From NCBI RefSeq assembly GCF_006345805.1, contig NC_043009.1, positions 46,624,001 to 46,688,000 on the forward strand: 64,000 bases of DNA, given 5' to 3'. The DNA comes from Octopus sinensis (Eukaryota). Position 1 is the stretch's first letter. Every line of letters begins with the position of its first letter. A program made the translations under genes and the position numbers. This document shows, one piece after another, positions 25,814 through 39,430 of the stretch. Under the pieces are notes generated by a model that was not told the origin of the DNA, ran no database searches, and was given only the letters and a program-made list of their open reading frames with translations.

Positions 25814-25992
25814 ATCCAAACAAGAAAACGCAAAAAAACACAACATCGCGAGGACGTGGAACAAAGAAGGGAAGAAGGAGGTTTAACGTTTCGAGCGGAG
25901 CTCTTCGTCGGAAACATAGATGAAGGAAAGATCCCGTGAAGGGAAGACAGAGGAAAAAAATCGCAACGGTACACAGAGGTCAATTTGAAAAT
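25810..25992 (-). repeat. short (TA)n-embedded element with a hammerhead variant (25881-25915)
   Basis: GUUU-CCGACGA-A-GAGC-UCC-GCUC-GAAAC-GUU-AAAC. Confidence 0.65.
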
Positions 25993-26030
25993 ATATATAT
26001 ATATATATGAATATGTGTATGTCTATATAT

Positions 26031-26061
<31 letters not shown>

Positions 26062-26125
26062 GTATACATATATATATATACATATGCATATATATGTAAA
26101 TACATACATATGCATATGCATAAGA

Positions 26126-27324
26126 ATTGGTGACGCGTATCCTGGATGATGGTGATGCTGTTGACATCGTTCTATTGGACTTTGCCAAAGCTTTTGACTC
26201 GGTTAACCACCGTCTATTACTTGTCAAGCTTCAAGCATATAGTTTCCCTCCGGATATTGTACGATGGGTTGGTGCCTTCCTCTCAGATCGCTCCTTCCAA
26301 GTCCAAGTTAATGGTTCGTTGTCCGACGTCTCCAGTGCGAGCAGTGGCGTGCTTTAACGTTCAGTGTTTGGGCCCTTATTGTTTTTAGTCTTAATAAATG
26401 TCTTTCCCGACGACCTCACGAAACACACCCTTCTATTTGCCGATGATGTCAAACTGGTCGCTCCTCGCGGTGATATAGAGGATCTTCGTCGATGCCTCCA
26501 CCAAATTTGGAGATGGTCTAACGAATAGGACCTGTGTCTGAACGTGTCAAAGTGCTGTCATCTGCCTGTTGGCTCTTCTCCTGCAATTCAACTTGATTTC
26601 GAGCCGGGTCGTCTGCTGCTGGAGAGGACCAACCAGGTAAAGGACCTGGGTATCTTGGGGGATTCTTCCTTTTCGCCTTCGGCCCAGTGCGTCCATGCTG
26701 CCAACAAAGCACATGGAGTTCTGTTTTTGATTCGACGGTCATTCGGAATGCTCACAGCAGCCATATTCCTACCGCTCTATATCACGCTGGTGAGACCCAT
26801 ATTGGAGTACGGGATTCAAGCCTCTTCTCCTTATCTCCTCAAAGACATACATCATCTTGAAAGAGTCCAGAAGCTGGCTACCCGCATGGTTCTTGGTCTC
26901 AAGCATTTGTCTTATGAAGAAAGGCTGAAGACGCTCGACCTTTATTCTCTAGAAAAACGACGGCCCGTGGTGATCTCATTCTTGCTCACAACATCATAAG
27001 CGGAAAGTGTAACCTCTCGAAAGAGCTGTTCTTCACTCCTGCTCCAGAGCGTCGGCTGCGGGGTCACTCCGAAAAGCTCTATCTGCGGCGATTTCATCTC
27101 AATCGAAGGAGAGGGGCTTTCTCCGTCCGGGTTGCGGATCCGTGGAATAAACTGCCGGACGAGATAGTGAAAATGCCGACGACTGCTCGGTTCAAAGTGT
27201 CTCTTGACCAGAAGTGGCCTGAACTCTTTGCATGAACACCCTCCCTGTACATAACTCCATGTCCCCCTACATGGCCTTGCTTTTTGCTTTTTGAGCCAAA
27301 AAAATTAACTTAACTTAACTTAAC
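26126..27324 (+). mobile_element. 5'-truncated CR1-type LINE (RT pseudogene, 3' UTR, (TTAAC)n tail)
   Basis: [16 protein letters not shown]; GPLLFL; LFADDVKL; KDLGI; VRPILEYG; LERVQKLATRMV..LSYEERLKTLDLYSLEKRR. Confidence 0.93.
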
Positions 27325-27329
27325 TATAT

Positions 27330-29400
27330 ATATAGAGAGATAACAGAATTCTGCAGAAAATTAAGACCCACAGAAGCATCAACCAGTTTCAATACTGAAG
27401 ATGACACACTAGTCAAAAACAAAAGTGAACACATTCCCCACAAAGGAAGAAATAAAGACCTTGACGAGTTCCGCAACCACATTGAGAACTTTCCCTACCA
27501 TACTATACATAAGCAGACAGTTAACTCAAATTTTAGCACTGCACAATGGAAGGAACTGATAGAACTTCAAAATGATGAAGATATAACCCTTAAGGAAGCA
27601 GACAAAGGAAGTGTAGTTGTAATAATGGACACATTATACTAGAGAAATCTAGTAATTTCCTTGCTTGATGACAATCAACATTATGAAAAAATCACCAACT
27701 ACACACTGCAAAAAGTAATGAAAATTCTGTCCTCACTAATTAAAACCCATGGAAAGGAACTGACAACCGAAGAGACTGACTTTCTAATCAACTTTAAATG
27801 CAAACCTAGCCTATTCTATGGTCGGCCAAAAATATACAAAAGCCAAATTATAAATGAAACCATTAAAAAATCTTCAAAGTCATACATACAGACACCTAAC
27901 CTGAGGGACCTAAAACTACGATCCATTGTAGCTGGCCCAGCCTGTGAAACACACAGACTAAGTCTATTTATGGACATCCTCCTGAAACCCTTCCTTAAAC
28001 ACATCGATAGCCATATCAGAGATGACTTGGATATGTTAAATCACCTTCCAAAAAAGTCAAGGAAGAAACAATCATAGTTTTATTTGATGTAGTTAATTTA
28101 TATACCAGTATACCTCATAATTATCGACTAGAGACAATTCAGTTCTGGCTGGACCAATTTCCAGAAGAAATACCAAAAAAGATCAGTAAAGAATTCATTA
28201 CTAAATCGGTTGAATTCATCTTACAAAATAAACACTTCATGTTTGACAATACGTTTTACCGTCAAAAATCCGGAATTGCTATGGGTACAAGGACAGCACC
28301 AGTCATTGAGAACCTAACAATGGGCTACCTGGAGGTAAAAATATACCAGGAATCTTTATCGACCTTTGGAAACCCCCTTTCTCTATACATAAAAGAGAAT
28401 TGGAAAAGATTCATGGACGACCGTTTTATACTCTAGAATGAAAACACAGATAAACTCCTAAAATTCAAAAACCTATTGAACAGCGTCAACCCAAACATAC
28501 AGTTCACAATGGAGTACAACTAAAAGGAGATTCCATTCTTAAATATACTAATGAAAAAAAATTAACCTAAAAATAGAAACAGACATATTTTACAAAGCCA
28601 CAGACGCCAAACAATACCTACTTTTTGATTCATGCCACCCAAGACACTCTAAAACAAACATCCCTTTCAACCTTGCAAGAAAGATATGCACAATAGTGTT
28701 AGAACAAAATGCCAGAAACTTTAGACTACAAGAACTCAAAAACACTCTAGAAATCGACATAGAAACTTTAAGAAAAGTTCAACACAACATACCTTCCCCG
28801 AAAATACTGCCTTACATATCCACATACAACCCCAGAAACAAAGAACAGCTTGTTCCTAAATAATACTAATACCAGGAAACATCCCCCCCCCCAGCTGTAA
28901 TTGTAGAATTACATGTCTGGTATCTGGTCGTTGTCTGATTCAAAATGTAATTTATAAATGTACAATAATGACTTTAAATGATAGCTATCTTTATTTCGGA
29001 TGTTCGATAGACCTAAGAAAACGTTTGAACAACCATTTTTCTTCTTTTAGACTTAAACATAAGGCGGGTTGTACGACGATGTCCAGTAAAATTTGGGAAC
29101 TGAAAGAAAAATATCGAATTTAACCTAAAATGGGATATAATAGGAAAGGCACAGCCTTATAAAAATAGTAGAGATGGATGTGAACTTTGTTCTATGGAGA
29201 CATATGAAAGTTTAAAACAGTAATAATACAAACTTATTGAATAACCGCTACGACAAACTTATTGAATAACCGCTACGACAAACTTATTGAATAACCGTTA
29301 CGAACTGGGAGCTCTTGTATACATTGTGCTACCCGTACGTTTAAGTATTTTAAATAATAACATTCTGACCATTTCTAAATGTTCAAATCCTAATATTTTG
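27330..29400 (+). mobile_element. Penelope-like element relic (RT plus GIY-YIG)
   Basis: ADKGSVVVIMD; FYGRPKIYK..LRSIVAG; FYRQKSGIAMGT; WKRFMDD; IQFTME; GIY-YIG-like NVIYKC...YFGCSIDLRKRLNNH near 28945-29040. Confidence 0.9.
29228..29302. repeat. 25-bp tandem repeat x3
   Basis: acaaacttattgaataaccgctacg at 29228, 29253 and 29278. Confidence 0.95.
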
Positions 29401-29533
29401 TAACCAAATAAAAAATTAATATACCATACTAGCTTTTATTTAACCTGCATAGATTACTAAGAAATTTCATTATATATATAAATCTGAATATAATGAAATT
29501 AGAATTTTTTTGATACTCTCCTATATAGGATGG

Positions 29534-30039
29534 AAAAAATTCTATATATATAGGGAAATTACTTGGTTCATCTTGATTACCTCCTTTCCATTATTTTTTT
29601 AATATATCTTATTGACTCCTGATATATTTACTAAATTGATAAAGTTTTTCTCCACAGTTAGTAAATATTATGTCTAACATATTCTTTTAATTCGACTAAT
29701 TAATAAAATAAATAACCATTTACTAGCTAATTATGATTCTATATTAATAGAAATGGATATATATATTCATATAAATATGAAATAATTGCAAAAAATTCTA
29801 TATATCTAGAGAAATTACTTGGTTCATCTTGATTACCTCCCTTCCATTACTTTTTAATATATCTTATTGACTCCTGATATATGTGCTAAATTAATAAAGT
29901 TTTTTTTCCACAGTTAGTAATTATTATGTCTAACATTCTTTTAATTCAACTCATTAATAAAATAATTCACCATTTACTAGCTAATTATGATTATATATTA
30001 ATAGAAATGAATATATATATATTTATAAAAATATGAAAT
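29534..30039. repeat. ~256-bp direct tandem duplication (diverged)
   Basis: Copies start aaaaaattctatatat at 29534 and 29790. Confidence 0.9.
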
Positions 30040-30645
30040 GATTTCTATATTTTCTATCCCTATATAAGATGCTAATATTTATTGAAATCCTTTAGAAAAT
30101 TATTTAAAGGATATTTACTTAAATTTCTTAATATAGAATCTGGATGTTAAATGGTAAGGGACATTGAAAACCTCTAGAGCATTAGTAGTCTATGTTACCC
30201 CTACCCCTCTAACTTTAACTTACTAGCTTTTTGCTATAATACATTCCAATATATCTAAACTGAATTCCTCCAAATGGGAATGGGTTTACGGTTTTGACAT
30301 TTGTACTACCCCTTCCTATATCTATAAATAGAAAAAAATTCTTTGTCTCCATCCAACCAAAAATAAAAACCCCTCCCCACTGACAGATCTAAATAACAAA
30401 GTGAACTCAATGATAAAATCTACAGTCAGAGAGTGAATATACTACTATTATATAATGTTGGCAGATGAAATAGGGATAAAAATGTGCATTGTCTGTTTGA
30501 TTGGAAAATTCTATAAGTGGCTGATGATTGTTCAACATTTTAAAACTGATGTAATAATTACAGTGTTTAATAAAATGAAGTAGCATGACACAATTGTACT
30601 ATTCTACCTGGATATAGTTGTTGCTTATATATATACATATAATAT

Positions 30646-30710
<65 letters not shown>

Positions 30711-30728
30711 ATATATACATATATATAC

Positions 30729-30828
<100 letters not shown>

Positions 30829-30854
30829 AATATTATATATGCATCTATACGTAT

Positions 30855-30885
<31 letters not shown>

Positions 30886-30895
30886 CATATATATA

Positions 30896-31774
30896 CATAG
30901 TCTGATCAATAAGTATCCGGACTGTTGCCAGTAACGAAGCTAAATCACGCAGAGTAAAGTAGCTTGACACAGATTGACCATAAACTCTGCTGTGCATGCG
31001 CACTAAGTTTTAACGTTGTAGCTCACTTCCACTGTTTACACCAGTGCTTGGAATGAAAGTGTATAGCGTGTGATAGTCGCATTCAGCATGACAGGGAAAT
31101 CTGTCTCAAAGTTTACCAAAAATTTGGTGATAGCTGCTCAAAGGCCTACGCAATTTTCAGTAAGTTTTCATCGTTCTTAACACAGTCAAGGAGATCTTAG
31201 TGCAACTGAAACCCGATTGTCTTCCAGGTCAGCTGAAAGCTGTTTTGGCACAAACTTAAAAGACACGCGTCTCATACTCTAATCTTCAGCGATAAAACAC
31301 TGAACCATAACTAATCTGCACATCCCCTGATAACTTATGGAGGGTGATTCGACGATTTCCCCTCACAGCTGCACGCACATCTGCGATGTTATTTTTTTCA
31401 GTTATGCTGGTTGCGGGTCTCCCAGAATGTTCCCCAATCTCGACATTTTTTCGACCATCTTAAAAACGTCTGAAACACTCGTACGTTTGTGTGCGTCTCA
31501 TACACTCCTCTCCATACCCTTTCTGCAACTTTGCGTAAGTGTCTGAGCAGTTATCACCATAGAAACTTTCTCTGTCATGGTCAATACGACGATGACATGC
31601 TACACATCTTCCTACAAAATACTGTTGTAAACAGCGGAAATGAGGTGGAACGTGAAAACTTAGTGCGCATGGACAGCAGAGTTCAGGGTCAGTTTTTGTC
31701 CAGCGAATTCACTCTGCGTGATTTAGCTTTCTTACTATGGCAAGAGTCAGGATATTTTTTTATCAGATCTCGTA
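30896..31774. mobile_element. non-autonomous mariner derivative with two inverted 5' ends
   Basis: Terminal arms (tctgatcaataagtatccggac... / ...gatattttttatcagatctcgta) are inverted homologues extending ~260 bp. The interior minus strand encodes EHSGRPATS...NRRITLHKLS..KFVPKQL. Confidence 0.8.
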
Positions 31775-31789
31775 TGTATATAGATATAT

Positions 31790-31978
31790 GATAGATCGTT
31801 AGCTCTTACACGCATTTTTTTCTCTCCTTGTTTTTTTCTGTGTATCTTTCTGTCGAAGAGCGTAGGCTCGAAACGTAAAAGACTTTTTCTATTTCTATTC
31901 CTGAGAGCTATACTAATACATATTTTTGTTTGTACTCCACCTGCCTTCGTCTTTTGTTTATTTTCGTAAACTTTCTCG

Positions 31979-31980
<2 letters not shown>
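31790..31980 (+). repeat. ~190-bp dispersed repeat with a variant hammerhead-like core, copy 2
   Basis: Motif CTGTCGAAGAGCGTAGGCTCGAAACGTAAAAG within 31846-31881. Confidence 0.85.
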
Positions 31981-32022
<42 letters not shown>

Positions 32023-32023
32023 G

Positions 32024-32244
32024 TTTCTTTACTACCCACAAGGGGTTAAACATAGAGGGGACAAACAAGGACAGACAACCGGATTAAGTCGATTACATCG
32101 ACCTCAGTGGGTAACTGGTACTTTATTTATCGACCCCGAAAGGATGAAAGGCAAAGTCGACCTCGGCGGAATTTGAACCCAGAACCTAACGGCAGACGAA
32201 ATACGGTTACGCATTTCGCCCGGCGTGCAAACGTTCCTGCCAGT
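32024..32244 (-). mobile_element. tRNA-head SINE, same family as 16432
   Basis: Reverse complement matches 16432-16664, including the tail tttgtcccctctatgtttaaccccttgtgggtagtaaagaaa. Confidence 0.9.
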
Positions 32245-32269
32245 TATATATATGTGTGTGTTTGTGTGT

Positions 32270-32314
<45 letters not shown>

Positions 32315-32323
32315 ATGTATATG

Positions 32324-32356
<33 letters not shown>

Positions 32357-33384
32357 ATATGTATGCTTATATATATGTATGTATATATATATATATATAC
32401 ACTCGTATATATATATATACACTCGTATATATGGATGGATGGATGGACAATTTAATTACAATTTAAGACTGCAAAATTTATATGCAATTTCAAAACAATG
32501 GAAGATAACAGTTTGAGTGTTTGAGAGTAATCATCAGAATCTTTAGACAGTTATATGTTTTTCATAGAAGAGTGATGAGTGTGGATAGAATAAGAGTGAA
32601 AATTATCAATAAACCTAGAGAGAGTTTAGAATCAGGTAATGAAAAATAATGAATAATCAATGATTGTAAGCAGATGTTAATTCTCTGGGAGAGATTTGAG
32701 CAGCTATATATATAAAGGAAAAGCGGTGATGGCTGATGTTAGCTAACCAAGTGGATGAAAATTGTTGTTAACCGTCCAAGACAAGATAGGTACAGCAAGG
32801 ATGCATGTCAAAATACATTCCCGCCAAATCTCTAAATATTCGATTCATAAAACCAGTTCAAACCACAAGTCTACACTCAGATTATTATCCCTTATACTCA
32901 GCTATCACACTACTGAAACTACTGTTAACTCTAATACTACTCACCACTATACCCAACTCTCAAACTTCTGAGCCCTACACTCAACTCTCAAATAAGGGCT
33001 ATCCACTAATTCATGAAATACTCACCATATGTATAATAAAAGGTAAAAATACTGCGCTGGATACTAATCATACTAACCAAACCGGTACATAGACAAACTT
33101 AAGAAGTTTAGAAGAACAACATATTTACATTAATAAACTTTTTCCGTGAATATATACGTGAACATCTCTCACATTCTCAAACCACATACAAAACCTCATA
33201 TGCAAATAGTATCACAGTCAGATCTTCCAACAATTCTCTTAATACATACACACTATACACTATATATATATATCATGATATATATATATATATATATATA
33301 TAGAAAATGTCGAGCACACACACACAAACAAGCACACACATACATGCACACATGTGTGTGTGGGAGTGTGTGTGTGTGCGCGTG

Positions 33385-33460
<76 letters not shown>

Positions 33461-33489
33461 CTTAACACTAGAAATTTTACAGGAGGAAA

Positions 33490-33880
33490 TCTGAAAGCGC
33501 AATATCAGTTGAATATGGCGGGTGTATGGCAAAATTTCCAAGTCAATTCCCAGTATCTTCTGTCGAGCCTGGAAAAAGTGCGCGGCCTGACATTGTAGTC
33601 ATGAACGACAATACCCTTTACAAGTACCAAGTTGTGGACGCTCTGATGAACCACCGGGTTTGATTTGTCCGGCCGGCCACAGTACACATCCGAATTGATG
33701 GTCTTGTTCGTGGGAAGAAGCTCGTAAAAGACATCTTTCCAATTCCACAAAATTAAAGGTATAACTTTACATGGAGGTTGTTTGTCGTGGTTCGGCGCAC
33801 TTCCCTCATGGTCGCTTGCATTTTATGTCGCTATAGACGATCCACTCCTCGTCCTATATCACCAATGTCTTCAAAAAAGT
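33490..33880 (-). mobile_element. mariner DDD-domain relic
   Basis: DEEWIVYSDIKCKR; WNWKDVFYELLPTNKTINSDVYC; VVHDYNVRP. Confidence 0.8.
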
Positions 33881-34185
33881 ATTGTTTTCTTCACTCTGTA
33901 AAAACCAGTTTATCTCAAGCCCACCCGCGGATTTACAATATAGAATTTTGATGAACCATAATTTTGGATCCTAGCAAAATATTACTTTCAGTAATATTGT
34001 TAGCCTGGTGTACCAAAAGACTGCATATTAAGTATTTTGCCCAGATTGACAATCCCTCACTATTTGTTCTAGGTACAGCGCAGTGGGACTGCATCCCAAA
34101 CCACGTGATTGCAAAGCGAGGGTCTTAACTACACAGCCGTACTTGCACCTTCTACAGATTTGAAACTAATATTACTGTAAGTACA

Positions 34186-34404
34186 TACGTGGTGGTGCTG
34201 AAAAGCTGCTGGTTTTAAAGGTATCTCGACAGGCCTGGTTGCAGAACCAACCTTCCGATGTTTTTACGAGGTTTAGATAAACTGAAGGACCGCTGCATTA
34301 AGTGAGTGAATCTGCGAGGGGAATATGTTGAATAAGATCATAATTTACTGATCCTCCTGTATTTTCCTTTACGCAAGCCAGGAACGTTTCAGCAGCCTCT
34401 CGTA
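34186..34404. mobile_element. mariner-type MITE (~220 bp)
   Basis: tacgtggtggtgctgaaaagctgctgg / ccaggaacgtttcagcagcctctcgta are imperfect TIRs with TA ends. Confidence 0.7.
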
Positions 34405-36912
34405 AATATATTCCAGGTGCCTTAAAAATATTATTTCGATACTAGGGGAATTACAAGCGTGTTTCGTGGTCTGCTACCACAACAGCTCCTTTATAGGATC
34501 CAGTTTGCTCAAGACATCATCAGGAGGAACCACGTCCGGTTTCGTCCCCTACTCCTCTACCGTTTTGACGTGGCGGTGCCCCCCCCCCCAACTTTCGGGG
34601 GTGTCTTCAGCTCTGGTGTTGGGTGCATGTCTTCTTTCTTCTGTTCCCTGGTCTCTTCGATGTATCATCAGCGAGTGTCAGCCGATGACTGACTGACTTG
34701 CCAAATTTTTCCCTTTAAATACTACAGAATATAGCAATGATTTTGTAGCCAACACTTGTTATGTAAACAGATGAAAACACCTTGTATTCCAATACAATAT
34801 ATTTTTGTAGAGAAGGAGCGAGGTCATATGAACTGGCAAGGTCTTCAAAGGTAACTGTAGATAGCCTGAGAAATCCGAACTCATAATTAAAAGTATTCCA
34901 AATTTTCCTTTTTTTTCTATCCATAATCCAAGACAGGGTGTTTATATCTGTCTATGTATAGTGCTGAACAAAAATATAGATATAGATATTGTGTAGCAGA
35001 GAAAAATTGATATAGATAGTAAACATAATGCCCATTAATCTGTATGTAAAAGAATTTACTTTAATTTAGAGACTACATAAAATTACTGGTGAAATTAATA
35101 GCGTACCTTGATGAAAGATTGAAGAAACTTTCTAATTCAAAGAAAGAAAAACAACATCAGCTGTCTTATATCAGAGGAGTCAGAATTAATTAAGCAATAA
35201 ATAATCAGTTAGAGCTGTACTTGAGTGAATTAATCATATGCTGAAGTGTATATATTGCTGGAGAGTAATTTTATCTAAAATCACATCAAAACAATTATAT
35301 TAAATTTTGGTTTATTTCGTAAAGTCAAAGTTTTCGTCGCGCCTCTGCGTCGTTGTTATTGCTTCAGTTCCTAATTGTAGTGTTATAATGAAAATTATAA
35401 ACGAAATAATAAAAAAATGAACAAAGGAATAATAAATTGGTGTCAACAGGTTTGTAAACTTACAAAGCTATTTATAAATATATTGTAATTTAAATAGTGT
35501 TCCATTGTGCATACATGATATTAAATAATATGAAAAGTAATGAACCTTCAAACAGATAAATGTTTCTAATACAACTGTTAAACGTCTATCTTTTTATTAC
35601 TTTAGATCTATGAGTTTTCAAGACTAATATAAATGCCACATTATTGCATTTCAGTCCGCATGCCCTTTCTAGTATTGCGTTTTCAAAAATATAAAATTCC
35701 GGAAGAATAGCATCACTAAAGGATATTTATTATTGTTAGAATTGCGGATGTTCATATAGAGTGAAAATAAACACAACGGAGAACTACGCGATTTCCTGCT
35801 AATGGGAACTATATGGATGATTTCCTAAGAATACCATACAGATAGACGCTTATAGTTGGGTCAACCGAAAGAAAACAAAGAAATTGTTTAAACAAAAGTA
35901 TTGAAGTACACCCAATCTATAACAGCCCCATCTTAGATCGATTTTTTGGTGAGGGTATATCTTTTATAAGGTATGTACATAATATTTATATTATTGAAAT
36001 ACACTTTCTATGAAATATCTATCTTCTACACACACGAAAGGCAATAGGTTCATCGATTGCTTAAAATACATTTATGATTAGATCAATACAAATACCATAA
36101 TTGGAAATAGGACGGAAAATTTAGTCACAATTTCGTTAATACACTTATCTAACTAAATACTGTTTGACATTTTCATGAAAATTTCTTTTCAATTTACAAA
36201 GACAAACAATTAAATACAACTAAAGATAATCTTTATGAAAAACTTTTTGAATGAGCAACAATAAACGATAATAATAAGGACAGAAGAAGGCGGGGCCTGA
36301 GAGGAAAAAATAGTTGTGCAAGGAGAATGTCGGGGGTGGGATAGATGGCAAGAATGAAACTTGGGAGAAAATGTTATAGATGGAAGTGAGATAAGAAAAA
36401 CGTGAAATGTTTTGTTTAATTTGAGAAAGGAAAGTTTAAAAAATCTTTGAAGTCCTGTTTTCGATAATAAAACAAAACTTTATTCAGTTTTGGTTTTGGT
36501 ATATGATAATTATTGAAAGTCTAGCACAAATTTGACAAAAGATAAAGATTAACAATGGTCGGATGCAAAAAGACTGATTTACAGTTCTGCAGCATTTCCT
36601 TCATTCAATTCTCGTTCCAAATTCAAATCTTACGAAGAATTTCCCTTGACAGGAAAAAATAAAAAACCAGCATGACAGTTCTAAATATAGGCAATGTTAG
36701 CTTTAAAGCAAAGTATATGCAATGATGTAAAATAGAGCTCATTGAAGTACAGAGTCACACGTAAAATAATTACAACAAAATGAAAAGTGATAATATAGAG
36801 AAAGGAATATTATTGGGAAAGGGAATTCTAAAGATGTGTATGTATACACTAATGTTTGTTTCTATGTTCAATTATAATTCAAACAATTTTACATTAATCT
36901 TAGGTGTTATAC

Positions 36913-36950
<38 letters not shown>

Positions 36951-37417
36951 TATATATACTATATATATATATATATATATACATTATATGTGTGTGTGTG
37001 TGGTGTGTGTTTGTGTGTGTGTGTGTGTTGTGTGTGTGTGGTGTGTGTGGTGTGTGTTTGTGTGTGTGGGTGTGTGCGTGTGGGTGTGTATGCATGTATG
37101 TATAACAAAGTAAAGTTGTAAGATACCGCACGAGGGGAAATGTATATGAAAGAGGTGTGAAAATGCAATTTTAAAGATGTTTATTCACTTGATCGGTTTC
37201 ACTTTTTTCGAAAAAGATTGTCAAAAGAAAAATGTAAAGCTTTGTATAAACTTTGTTGTGTTAAGTACTGGTTGTCACAAAAGTATTAAAATACATATAT
37301 ACATTCTTTGATAATAATAAGAAAATGGTGAAAACAGTTTACAAGGAAATATCTTGAGAATATATTAAACAAAAAGTATTAGGAGTCCCAAATAAATTAT
37401 GTTTGTTTGGTAGTATA

Positions 37418-37540
<123 letters not shown>

Positions 37541-37577
37541 AACTATATTATATATATATATATTTATTTATGTATAT

Positions 37578-37830
37578 AAAATAAAATAAATGCGCCCTTT
37601 TAAAGCCTAGCCAGACTCATGGGCCCGGGTTCCCGGTTTCTATGGCGTATTCTCCAGCTGGACGGAAAGCCGGTCCATCACAGCGTTACTCCTTTTTGCC
37701 ACCTGAGTGGACTGGAGCAACGTGAAATGAAGTGTTTTGCTCAGGAACACAACGCGTCGCCCGGTCCAGGAATCGAAACCACAATCTTACGATCATGATG
37801 CTGACACCCTAACCACTAATCCACGCACCT
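37578..37830 (-). mobile_element. tRNA-head SINE with a conserved-looking central domain
   Basis: Minus strand: gtggttagggtgtcagc..ggtttcgattcctggacc..gttgtgttcctgagcaaaacacttcatttcacgttgctccagtccactcag. Confidence 0.7.
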
Positions 37831-37895
37831 CCACACACACATACACACACACACACATATATATATATATGCGTGTATATGTGCATGTAGAGGTA

Positions 37896-37995
37896 NNNNN
37901 NNNNNNNNNNNNNNNNNNNNNNNNNNNNNNNNNNNNNNNNNNNNNNNNNNNNNNNNNNNNNNNNNNNNNNNNNNNNNNNNNNNNNNNNNNNNNNN
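37896..37995. other. assembly gap (100 N)
   Basis: Direct sequence. Adjacency across the gap is unverified. Confidence 1.
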
Positions 37996-39125
37996 TTACA
38001 TTTAATTCATTAATAGCGAAACAATTGTCCCAAAATAATCTGTATTTTTGTTATTTTTTATTTGCCCTGTCTGTGTGAGCTAACAATCGTACTGACTTTC
38101 ATGGGAAACATGTATTTTTGTGGTTGAAACCTATTGGATTACTGGTGCTAGAGTGAGCCATATAGTGACCACTCTCTTATATTTATTTTGTAAAAATATT
38201 ATAATATTTATAAAATATTATAATAATCCAGGTTCTCGGAGCACTAGGCCACTTGGTGTAGAATAGATATACTATTAAATTAGTATCTAATTCTCTCACC
38301 CTTATTAATTAATTATATATATATATATATAATATATAATATATATATATATATGTATGTATTATAAGGTATATGCATATATATCTATTATACATATAGT
38401 TTGTATACATCATTTGTATATTATACATATATAATTTATATATATATAGTGAAGTAAAATCATGTAGCAACACCAAATGGCGGTGCCCCAGCATGGCCAC
38501 AGCTCGTGAGCTGAAACTAGATAAAATAAAAAAATATTTAAAAAACTATAATAAATACATACATACATGTACGTATGTATGTGTGTAAGTGTGTTATCTA
38601 TCCTTTCCCTCTTTTTCAGTCATTAGATTGCGGCCATGTGAGTGCAACGGCGTCCTGATTTTAGTGGAACAATTTGACACCACTGGTTATTTTTCTTGCG
38701 GTCCTCGTTCCAAAGGTCTCTTTTGGCGAATTCACGGGGACGTAAATGAGTTAACAGCGGTCCTCTAGTGAAGCTGTTGGACACACACACACACACACAC
38801 GTACAGATACACACACACACACACACACACGTACAGATACACACGCACACTCACACACAGCCGCACATATATATATAACGAAGTTCTTAGCAATTCCGTG
38901 TACCATGTCCCCTATCAAGACTTTGGTCCACCCAAAGCTACAGTAGGCGGCACCTACACCCAAGTGTCACGCAGTGAGTCCCAAGCCGAAATCAGGAGCC
39001 TGAAAAGCAAGTTTTCTATCAAAAACAGATTTGCCTGCAGCCACGTCTGTTGGCTCTTATGTATCTGTATGCATGTGTGTATGTAATATATATATATATG
39101 TATATATAATATATATATATATATC

Positions 39126-39171
<46 letters not shown>

Positions 39172-39173
39172 TA

Positions 39174-39283
39174 CACGAGGGGTGTATGAAACGTTTTAGC
39201 CATCTAGACCTTTGAGCTTCATTAGGAGTCTTGTCCAAGTTTTGTATTTTTGGGGGGTCAAGACTTTTCATACACCCCTCGTA
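39174..39283. mobile_element. mariner-type MITE (~110 bp)
   Basis: acgaggggtgtatgaaa / tttcatacacccctcgt perfect TIR. Confidence 0.85.
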
Positions 39284-39430
39284 TACATAAATATATATAT
39301 GTTATAGATATAGGTGTGTGTGATATATATATATATATAATATATATATATATATAATATATATATATATAATATATATATATAATATATATATAATATA
39401 TACAATTATATATATATATATATATAATCT

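Noticed and set aside
29228-29302. CRISPR-like repeats (also ~47990-48075)
   Set aside because: Head-to-tail with no spacers, eukaryotic context and no cas genes.
34445-34545. Hammerhead-like CUGAUGA...GAAAC on the minus strand
   Set aside because: Stems I and II do not pair in register next to the core.
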